A stretch of DNA of 29,716 nt from assembly GCA_040437565.1 (NCBI GenBank), contig JBDOQK010000081.1, positions 62,001 through 91,716 on the forward strand. The letters run 5' to 3'. Position 1 is the first letter of the stretch. Each line of letters opens with the position of its first letter. This DNA comes from Albugo candida. Lineage: Eukaryota. The notes under the pieces were generated by a model, which saw only the letters and a list, made by a program, of their open reading frames with translations, searched no databases and was not told where the DNA came from. A program made the translations under genes and the position numbers. Shown here in pieces: positions 19,662-29,716 of this stretch.

Positions 19662-21532
19662 GCAAGTGCGGGGTGCAAACGCGACGGAACGTGGCTTCTG
19701 TTTATAATCTTGCACTCTCGTCAGCAAATCACAAAACAAAGCAAAAAAAGTTAATAAAGATAAATGACTGATGATATGTGCACGTTCGCAGTTGTCTTGA
19801 TACCTCAAAGCCGGGACTCAATGAGCGCAACTATCAGTAAAGCAAAGTAATCTCGAGTTTGACATAATTACGACGGCAACTGCCAAATGTTGGAAGTAAA
19901 TGTTAGCTGCTTTAATTGCAATGAGTTCCTATTTGACTGGCAATCCAATGGTCTGGATGGATTCCTTAAATTTTAATAGTGCATGTTCGCCAGTTGCTTC
20001 TTGTTTCAATGAGTCATCAATCTATATTAAAAAGTACATAATATTTGGTAAACGCCGAAAGAGTCCTTTGCCAAGAGAAAAAAATCTCAAGGAACGTAAT
20101 CAATCACGGATCGTGAATCTTTGTGTTCTAGTACACGTCTTTTCGCTCCATTTGCTCCGATTGATCACGCATTGTTCTTAGTATATGTCCCAACCATACC
20201 AACTTTTGTAAGAAGACGGATTAGGATCGAGGCGCCATAATACTGAAGACTGAAGTGGACGAGAAAGAGGTCAAAGTACCGGGCATCTATAAATTCTTTA
20301 CGAGGTTCAAGGCTTTGGTTGCAAAAAATGCCGGAAGTATGCGTGCATGACGGACGCCATCGAAACGGGTCATTCTGGAAATGAAAACCAGCGAGATGAG
20401 AAAAGTTTAAGAAATCGAAGAAGTTCGGCTCAAGCTCATTCCTTAGAGGATATTGGTGAAGATATTGGAGCATAAATAGCACGCGAGGGAACAGCTAGCG
20501 GACGCTTTACATTTGATCAGTTTTGACCTAAGGAACTTACAAAGAAAACGAGACAAAACCACATAAGCCGCGCAAGTTCTTGGCAACGTGAAAAGATAAG
20601 CTTCATTTTTGTAGTTGTTGAAAGCCAAAAACGCAAGAACTCGCTTGCACAACCTGCATATGGAAAAAAGAAAATCGAGGGGCTCTCCAGATCTAAGGAA
20701 GAACGTAAAGCAAAGCAGCACCATTTATAATTCTTAAGTGAAGAAGAGTGTGGTGAACCCGGATCGTTTATTAAGGATCACAATGAGGAACAAGTTCAAT
20801 TCAGGGAGCTCTTTAATTGGCACTTTGGTTGGTGAAAATGTTGCCATTCTAATGATGCTGTTGACACTCACCGGCCCCAGTACTCATAAAACATTATGGA
20901 GGTTGCTACGGAGTGTATATACACATAGGGGAAGCTGCTAGAGCCACCTCGGACCCTGTGTATAATTAATAGCTTCAGAGGTTCGGAGAGACATGTCTCC
21001 TTCTAGTTGAGAGAAACACCTCGCGCTGTAAATCATCAATTGGAAGCGCAACTTTTTGTATCCACAAAAATGAAGTTGACTGAAATCAAAGGAACTCTGA
21101 AAAGAAAGAAGATCGTTTGCATCATGTTAGATATCTAGACGGAGACGTTTCATACCATCAAGTGCCAGAATTACACCTCTGGACAGTATTGTGGGCACAA
21201 GGTTGCTTGCACCTAATGGAACCGATGCTAGATTATACATTAGGCCTATGATACGCTCGAACGTTACATATCAAAAGTGACTACCAAGCTGCAATAAGAA
21301 TATCTCAGTTGTCCTCTCGCTGATTTTCTTTAGATCCAAGCAGTATACCATCCGGGCTATGCTGTATGGTTGAATTAAATCTTTTCAATTGTGCCAATCG
21401 ACAATTGGTCAGATCTAGTGTTTAAACAGAGGAGAATCCCTTGGCGACAAGAAACACAAGAATTTCTTTTTTATCCTTGAGAATCTAAACCCAAAAAAAG
21501 CTAACGTGAAGAGCCGATGCTAAGCGAGCTTT

Positions 21533-21688
21533 TGTTGAGCTTGAATGTAGATTGAAAATTGAGAACTAAATATATTTTTGCTTGTTATCACAGTTACCTT
21601 CAATCTCTTCAACGTGAGTTTACATAAGTCACTACGCCCCATTCTAATAGTCACAACCTTTCACCTCAGTAGTTGCGCTCCTTCAACA
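21533..21688 (-). repeat. Putative 3' LTR (~156 bp) of the truncated copia element
   Basis: Begins TGTTGA directly after the PPT-like GGGAAGGAT (21689-21697, minus) and ends TCAACA. No second copy is available to confirm the distal boundary. Confidence 0.55.
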
Positions 21689-24600
21689 ATCCTTCCCGTG
21701 TGAGCATACTCACCAGATGAACAACACAACTCCGTGAAGCTCGCTGAGTCGGGGCGCTGGGTGGGTCCTGCTCTGAATGTTTCCACACATTTTCTTGAAC
21801 TCGCGGTACTGCAACTTCATCATCTTCTTTTTTCCAGATCTTTGACAAACTTTTATCGCACATCGATGTGTTTCGCTGGACCGGACGTGTCCTCAACCTT
21901 GATCTTAGCAATGGCTAATTGGTTGTCCACGTGTAAAATTGAACTTGGCTGAATTTGTTTGCCAATTTCATTTAGAAGTTCCATAATTACCATCATCTCA
22001 AATGTTTCTGAAGTCGTAACAAACTCGGCATTCATCTTTTAGAGCAACAAACTTCTGCTTTTTGAAAATCCATCCAACGATCATTCCACTCACCGTTATC
22101 ACACCAACGCTGACTGACTTCTGAGCAATCTTTTCTGCGGTGAAGTTGGCGTCCATATGCCTCGACCAACACGTCGTCGTTACCCATTGCAATCTTAGCT
22201 CCCCGCATCATGACTTTAATGCCTTTGTGCCTTTGAGATACTTGACTATCTTCTTTGCCAGACTCCAATCGCTCTCACTTGGCGCGTGCGAACTCCGAGT
22301 TTCTCGGTTCACCGCATATGCTATGTCTTGCCGTGTGCACCGAGCTATTTATAGTAGCCTACCCACCAGCAACTGAAACGTCCGCATAATCGGTCTCTTT
22401 GGAGAGCCACTTCCACTAGACGGCAACAATTCAATTTCTTCGTCTCCATCTTTCTCATATATAGGCACCCTTACTGGCACCGATTCGGCTAGCCCATATT
22501 GTCGACCATCTCTTCAATAATATTTTCTTGATCGATTGTCCATCCGGTCTCTTCACTGCACTTAAACACGATACCAAGACACTTGGTTATCACGCCGAGA
22601 CTCTCTAACTCAACAGCTTGCATGTCGCTGAAAAAGTCATCGACCTTTTCCGCACTGGTTCCCGTCGCCCGGATGTCGTTCACGTACATACTCACAAGCG
22701 TTTTACCCATTAGTCTCAGTCTTGATATATAGACATGTGTCTATCTATATAGGTCTGACTGAAACCCAAAGACATTGTGATCTCTTAAAGCATCAAGCTG
22801 CACAACCGTCTCGACTGTTTTGAGGCTGTACAGGCCTTTCTTAAGTCGCAACGCTAGTTGTCCCTTGTCTTGAAAGCCGAGCTTTTCCAGCCACATTTTA
22901 TTTATTTCCATTTCCGGCGGTATATGGAGTACTATCTCCAAGTCGTCTTCTTTTTTGGCAGTAAAATAAGTGCCCGGCACATCGCCGTGTTTGCAGGTAC
23001 TCCTCAAATGTTAGACACTGCAAGTATCACTTTCCTGGACACCATGTCCATCCCAGACGAAAAGGTATAGGTATAATCAGCACCATAAACATGTTTCTCT
23101 CCGTACGCCACTAGTCTTGCATTGTATCTTTCGATAGTACCGACAGCGTATATACTAAGCTTGTATACCCATTTGCTGTGCAGTAACTTGGCTTCACGCG
23201 GTTATCGGATCACTCCCTATGCGTCAATCTGGATGCGCATTCCCTCCTCCTACTGCTTTACTCGAGGGCCTCTCATCTCTTTGCGCTAGTTATCGGGGTA
23301 TTTAAGGGTAATCGAATTCACACGGCTTGCTGTCACGTGCTTGGTATACAAGTTGCGAATATTTTTCCAATGTTTGTCCGCAGGAAACGGCTTATCACCT
23401 CTGTTGGTTTCTTCTGGTTCATCCAGATTATTTATAACCGCCGGATTCTTGGCTTCCATAACACAATTCATCTTCGACTATGCTGTTTTCTTTCGTGAAT
23501 TCTTCTTGCCTTCAGGAGTATTGTGGTCCTTCGTTCTCTCTTTGTGGTGTAGTACCACCTCTGAATCCTTCCGTTTCGCGACTCCGTTGCGCTCCATCAC
23601 AGAGATTTGCTACATGGATTTTCGCGCTCAATCTGCACCAGAAGCTTCGCGTTCTACTCGCTGTTGAGTGTCCCAACGTTGCGTATGTGCTGTGTTGTTA
23701 TGACTATTCTCTCCTTCGGCAGGTATACTATAATCCATCAGTCTCGTCGTTATTGCCAATTATCATTCCAACCTGGGATCTTGGCGTCCATGTTTGCTTT
23801 TCAGGTTTCCTATACGTCAAGAATGGTCTGCCAAAAGCTACCATATCCGCCAGGTTAGGGATCCTAATCTTCAACACCTCCAGCGATGGCACACGCTCCC
23901 GGTGGCGCTGGACGAGCTCCAGTTCAAATTATAAGTCACACACTCAACGGGCGTCGTCCCTCAATAATAAAGGGAGGCCACTCGCAAACAGCATGCGTCT
24001 TACGATGCTGACTAGCTTCCTGTGCATCCAGTCAGATTTTACATTTGAAGCCTGATTATCAGCTTCGCTTGCTTACGCAAGCCGACTTGCAAAACTGGTC
24101 GACGTTGACGTGCTCGTTACGACCGTCCGTGCGCAGCGCATGGAACCAACAACTTTCTTTTGTCTAAGTAAACGTGGTTTGTCTAGTAGTCGAGAAAGTG
24201 GATAAGGTAACGATAAGCATGTCGGTCTTGCGTTGTCATAGGTCCCTTGGTGGCTCTCGCTTCCTATTACTCCACCAAACTTGTCGGACGTGATCTTGTC
24301 AGTATCTTTTTTGGACTGATTGTTCTTGCTCTGCTTTCCCTTCGCGCAAGTTAGGCGATTTCTTCGAGCTCGGTTTGTCAACCGTATTCTTGAGCCCACC
24401 GAGTCATCCAGACGCTCGAAAGTTTCTTAGGCAAGGTGACCGAACGTCTAGTGCAAATCTAGCACGGCTGTATCCGTTACGGCTTCAATTATTCCATCGT
24501 AACCTTGTATAATGTCTGACTGGACCACTCGAGCGCGCATTTTCGTTTTCTCGCCCATGTCGTCAATTGTTAGGACGTTGTTGTGGCAGATTATTTCAAA

Positions 24601-24860
24601 AATCTTCAGATTATCCCCTTGGCGGACCACGTAGCTTCTAGTATCAACTCTCTTGAGGAACACACCACGCTCTTTTAATATACCATAGATGATGATGTTG
24701 GCAGCGAGGTTTTCAGCGTAGCAAACCTCTGTTTGATCGACTATAACCTCTTTGCCATTTACTGGTGTCCTCAGCTTGGCCAATCCTAGCTTGGAAACTA
24801 AGACCATCGTTATTGTTTGCCGCGCGGCACGATTGAGTATACAAATTCGGTCGCTCAATA
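21533..24860 (-). mobile_element. Decayed, 5'-truncated Ty1/copia retrotransposon (protease region-integrase-RT-RNase H-PPT-3' LTR)
   Basis: Minus-strand relics in copia order: LH*TFGH...TCAKGKQ (integrase HHCC), KWVYK...ARLVAYG, HGDVPGTY, LKKGLYSLK, MYVNDI (YVDD variant), QKSVS...GWIFKKQKFVAL, LHVDNQLAI, KHIDVR. Many stops and frameshifts. No gag or 5' LTR seen. Confidence 0.9.
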
Positions 24861-25639
24861 TATATCAGTCCAGAAGGTGACAGAAAATGGCGCCTCTGTG
24901 GGCATATACACTGAGAAAATGAAACAATGATGGAATGCAGCCAATTCAGTCGTACAGCTTTTCCCGACCGCGTTGTCTCACATCACTATAGGTATTGTGC
25001 CAAATCACGAGTGCTTGAGACATATAGAAACAGAACTTCCAGTAGAGCAGACAAGTATCGATTATACTGTTTTGTGATAGAAGGCATAGTCAGGAATGAT
25101 ATGGTTTGGGTAGATCATACGCAGCACAACTACATTTGATACATTGTAAATACTTAGTACCCTGAGGCTGACGTTCAGATTTCTGCAAGATCGATCTCAA
25201 ATTGACACTGGGACTTGTGTGTTTTGAGGGGATAACCGGATCTTAGTCAAGTCTAGAAGACGCTCAAAACGAAATCGAGAAAAACGGAATTTGATGATAA
25301 TGAATAGCTCCGCTATATGATGCTACGTAATGAGAGCTATCTGCAACGAAAACATTGCATACAATGAGGAGTAAATGCGAGAGGTCTTGTCATCGATTGC
25401 AAGTCAAAGTTGCATGGGCAATTTTCTTCCTTTATTCTACTTGGGGGCTAAAGCTACTCCAAACATATTTGCTTACAGCTGACTCAGGAGGATGACACGT
25501 TTCAGACAATATCATTTGGAAGTAAGCCTCCTAAGGAATGTCAATTTGCGTAGATCGTCTGATCACCTCATGAATTCTGACTGCACTAATATTATCACCG
25601 AAAAGAGAAGAATTCTTCCGCCACACCCAAGAAGCGTGC

Positions 25640-27150
25640 AGCGAATCAAGACAAGTGTTCAAGTAGCATAAAGCATCAAAGAAGACCTGTATTATTTTGA
25701 ATCCTATGTATCAGCACGTCGATCTTATTCGTGGATGAGCTCATTTGTCATTCTTCGACCTCGTACGTATCAGCTGACAGTCAAGTGTATTCTCGGTCTA
25801 ACCGTACTCCCGTAAAGCTTGACGAAGACGACTCGCTTTGATGCTTCTTTCATTTCTCCACGTTCACTGTACCGCAGTCGTTGATGCCCTGTATACGACC
25901 AACATATTCATCAACTTACCGAGAGGTTGCAGTGAGGTATTAGGACATGACTTGGACCCAAACATGACGCAACACAAGTAACTATTCGCGACTCAGATTT
26001 TCTAAAATATAGAGATTGTTCGAACCATTTTCTCGATTAGGATTTTGGAAGAAGACGTCAACATAAACTTCTGGGACACAATTGAGATTTCACGACACCA
26101 TGTATATATGTGGATGATCGAGACGCATTGCTTATCTTTCCTTTCAACGATAGTGAGTGCTTTTATAGCATTTCGTGCGTTCAGAGATAATCTTACAAAA
26201 TCTATCATAAACAAAACGTAAGCTGCAGATGAAGCATTAAAACAATTTTAATCATGTCTGGATCGATTGGGCACCTAAGAAGAAGATAACTGCCTCAACC
26301 ACACTTAGTAAATAACATAAAAAGTATTGAAGGCGTATATATGATTATAGTTGGCTTCTGCGTTGTTACGAGCAAAAACTGGTACGCGCATACCACACTC
26401 CAACAAGCATTCTGTCTCAGCTGCGTAACAGTAATTTGAGGTTCGCGCTACCATGAAAGCGATGATTTACCAGGATAAATTACGACTGATCCAACATTTT
26501 ACCCTTCTCTCACGTCCCATTTCATCAGTTTCTCATCGGCGTTTATTGTTACGAGCTTTTGTAATGTAGTAGCTATCTATTTCATATGAGAGCCGAATTC
26601 ATCGAGTGCATCGAGATCAGTGCACCTAAATTCACACTTGGTATGCTAATATAGAAAGAATCACTTCTTTATGCTTCTCAACCTTCCTCAGCTTTTGAAA
26701 ATAACATCACACGAGTGGATATGTAACTACACAGGTACCTTGAGCTAAAATTGATCATATATGTTGCATTTATAAACTGACTTGATCTCTGATTAAGAAA
26801 ACAGACGGGTACTACACCATAGAGATTCTGCATCTCCTCCAGGCACTTAGTAGCTGAATACATCCGGCAAAATATGATGGATCCACTGATGTTGGCTTCC
26901 CGAAGTGTAGCTAAGGTCAGCTAGATTTCATCGCGAAATTGGAAAGCTTGACTGCGAGACAATTTGAAGTATAATGTGACCAAAAGGTGCAGGACCTCAC
27001 GTGTAGTGTTCTTCGTTGGAACGTATAGTACAACACATATGATGCGAGCTTACTAATGAAAACGGGTATAAAAGAAATGCAGTAATACTTTGGATTCTTC
27101 AAGCCAAATCATAATGATCTCTGTCATCGTTCCCAACAGTTGGGGGGAGC
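25640..27150 (+). pseudogene. Decayed copy C of the unidentified local gene-like family (boundaries approximate)
   Basis: Colinear with 3780-5276 over ~1.3 kb and with 6150-8520. Carries the same GCTCATTTGTCATTCT motif (25739-25754), with ACG where copy B has ATG. Confidence 0.5.
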
Positions 27151-29411
27151 ATTCGAAAAGATCTAAGACGTGATGCATTTTATCTTCAATGCCACTTTTC
27201 CACTCTTTTAAAAATGTGGAATATGCTGCAAGCGTGCTTTATCTTGTATTATCGAAACATATAACATAGCAACATCTCGCTGAATTGATACTTCCATGGC
27301 GCTCGGTTCTTAGTTATATTAAGACGCAAAATATAATAAATTCATGGAAAAATAAATCGAGTGCATCTTCTCGTACGTTTTTTGCTGACGAGAACCAAAT
27401 TCACCGGATGAAACATTTGTCAGAAATCTAGCAAGAAAATTGTCATAGGCGACATCTGACCAAGATCGTGTATTAGGTGTTAAATTGCAGTCAAGTGCGT
27501 GACTAATGCCCAAAGAGAAATAAAGAATAGAGAAATAGATCTCCAATCTTTGTGCTCATTCGCTATCATCTTTCTGGAAAGATCAGGAAGTCGTGCGTGC
27601 GACTGTATCTGAATCATCATATGCATAATTCGTGCTATCAACAATTTTTAGATGAACAAATATGGCCATGTTTTGCATCTGTTCTATTCAGATAATGTAG
27701 AATCAGCATAAAGAAAATTGCGTGCACTTAGATCCAGATCATGCTCAAGACTGTAACACCACTTGAGATGTGCTTCTTCCTTCTCACTTTTTGATTTCCT
27801 GGACACAATCAAATCATCACTTTGGAAGCATGAACTTGGATTATTTGTTTTATATCTATGCTATCACTGCAATCACATCGGAGATCAGCGCGAAGTCACC
27901 AGTGCGACAAGATTGCATGATGAAAGACACGTACAATCCCAATACACTACCGCGTATGCTACAAATGTGCCGCCAGTTCGTTTTTGAAAACCTGCATATT
28001 TCAGCGAACCTTCAATTCCGTTTACTGGACTTGGATAATATAACAATCATATTCGAGGGCAATGTTACTTTCGAACCCAGGGTGAGACCTCACTTCAGTC
28101 GTTTATATTCAGAGCCACTTCTTCTAACANNNNNNNNNNNNNNNNNNNNNNNNNNNNNNNNNNNNNNNNNNNNNNNNNNNNNNNNNNNNNNNNNNNNNNN
28201 NNNNNNNNNNNNNNNNNNNNNNNNNNNNNTTGACTGCGAGACAATTTGAAGTATAATGTGACCAAAAGGTGCAGGACCTCACGTGTAGTGTTCTTCGTTG
28301 GAACGTATAGTACAACACATATGATGCGAGCTTACTAATGAAAACGGGTATAAAAGAAATGCAGTAATACTTTGGATTCTTCAAGCCAAATCATAATGAT
28401 CTCTGTCATCGTTCCCAACAGTTGGGGGGAGCATTCGAAAAGATCTAAGACGTGATGCATTTTATCTTCAATGCCACTTTTCCACTCTTTTAAAAATGTG
28501 GAATATGCTGCAAGCGTGCTTTATCTTGTATTATCGAAACATATAACATAGCAACATCTCGCTGAATTGATACTTCCATGGCGCTCGGTTCTTAGTTATA
28601 TTAAGACGCAAAATATAATAAATTCATGGAAAAATAAATCGAGTGCATCTTCTCGTACGTTTTTTGCTGACGAGAACCAAATTCACCGGATGAAACATTT
28701 GTCAGAAATCTAGCAAGAAAATTGTCATAGGCGACATCTGACCAAGATCGTGTATTAGGTGTTAAATTGCAGTCAAGTGCGTGACTAATGCCCAAAGAGA
28801 AATAAAGAATAGAGAAATAGATCTCCAATCTTTGTGCTCATTCGCTATCATCTTTCTGGAAAGATCAGGAAGTCGTGCGTGCGACTGTATCTGAATCATC
28901 ATATGCATAATTCGTGCTATCAACAATTTTTAGATGAACAAATATGGCCATGTTTTGCATCTGTTCTATTCAGATAATGTAGAATCAGCATAAAGAAAAT
29001 TGCGTGCACTTAGATCCAGATCATGCTCAAGACTGTAACACCACTTGAGATGTGCTTCTTCCTTCTCACTTTTTGATTTCCTGGACACAATCAAATCATC
29101 ACTTTGGAAGCATGAACTTGGATTATTTGTTTTATATCTATGCTATCACTGCAATCACATCGGAGATCAGCGCGAAGTCACCAGTGCGACAAGATTGCAT
29201 GATGAAAGACACGTACAATCCCAATACACTACCGCGTATGCTACAAATGTGCCGCCAGTTCGTTTTTGAAAACCTGCATATTTCAGCGAACCTTCAATTC
29301 CGTTTACTGGACTTGGATAATATAACAATCATATTCGAGGGCAATGTTACTTTCGAACCCAGGGTGAGACCTCACTTCAGTCGTTTATATTCAGAGCCAC
29401 TTCTTCTAACA
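26948..29411. repeat. Exact 1182-bp direct duplication across an N gap (26948-28129 = 28230-29411), probable unmerged contig overlap
   Basis: Constant 1282-nt offset and identical ORF translations, with boundaries exactly at the 100-N gap. Creates a redundant copy of GH28 exon 1 at 27830-28081. Confidence 0.9.
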
Positions 29412-29716
29412 GAAATTCTTTTTGTTATTCTAGTATAATCGAATCGATATGATGCATATCACTGGGACCAATGTACGTATATCGGCTTCACCGGACGCAT
29501 GGTTCATCGCGAGTGGCGACAAATATTATGATGGTGGAGGTTACAACCACGGGAAATTAAAACCCTTTTTTGCGATGATTGAAGTCAAAAATTCCACGAT
29601 TACAGATCTGAAAGTACTCAACACTCCTGCACACGCGTTTATGCTCGCAGAATGTTATGATTCATATTTTGATAATTTCCAAGTCGACGACGCATATGGT
29701 GATGATACCAAGCATC
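29112..29716 (+). CDS. Second GH28 polygalacturonase-like paralog, 3'-partial; join(29112..29363,29434..>29716)
   Basis: Exon 1 is 84 codons, the same as paralog 1. After splicing it reads YNRIDMMHITGTNVRISAS...YYDGGG...KLKPFFAMIEVKNSTITDLKVLNTPAHAFM, clearly homologous to 10109 onward. No stop before the window edge; the catalytic motifs lie outside the window. Confidence 0.9.
29364..29433 (+). other. Spliceosomal intron (70 nt) in GH28 paralog 2
   Basis: AGG|GTGAGA donor, CTAAC branch point at 29406, TTCTAG|TAT acceptor. Same position as in paralog 1. Confidence 0.92.

Noticed and set aside
19655-19720. VVQVRGANATERGFCL*SC as another CCG-like relic
   Set aside because: Too short, the Cys spacing does not fit, and there is no visible nucleotide homology to copies A-C.
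20204-20737. A + frame that reads protein-like (ILKTEVDEKEVKVPGIYKFF...) as a pseudogene
   Set aside because: It has about 8 internal stops in 178 codons, close to random expectation, and no recognisable motif.
23341-24055. + strand ORFs of 108 and 191 aa
   Set aside because: Antisense to the copia integrase region, with no independent coding evidence.
27830-28129. A third GH28 gene
   Set aside because: Identical to 29112-29411 and truncated exactly at an N gap; best explained as an assembly overlap.

Overview
Eukaryotic draft-scaffold window with six 100-N gaps. It is most consistent with an oomycete, possibly an Albugo-like white rust. That taxon is inferred from ~70-nt GT-AG introns with CTAAC branch points, an oomycete Inr/FPR-like motif and an oomycete-type copia gag. 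From left to right the window holds: (1) the 3' part of a large multi-PH-domain gene (<1-3426); (2) the first two of three decayed copies of an unidentified ~1.5-2.4 kb Cys-containing gene-like sequence; (3) a 6x32-bp minisatellite upstream of an intact two-exon secreted GH28 polygalacturonase-like gene (9784-10960); (4) a fully delimited MULE DNA transposon (13468-17684, 8-bp TSD) with an intron-bearing pseudo-transposase, whose C-terminal zinc knuckle is split by a nested copia LTR element (16208-17514); (5) a 5'-truncated decayed Ty1/copia element (~21533-24860); and (6) the third decayed copy followed by a second GH28 paralog running off the right edge (29112->29716). Two exact duplications flanking N gaps are probably unmerged contig overlaps. 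The most notable signal is the complete GH28. It keeps its three catalytic Asp residues but has lost the conserved His of the GHG motif and has RIK changed to LIK, making it a candidate pseudoenzyme/decoy or altered-specificity pectinase.
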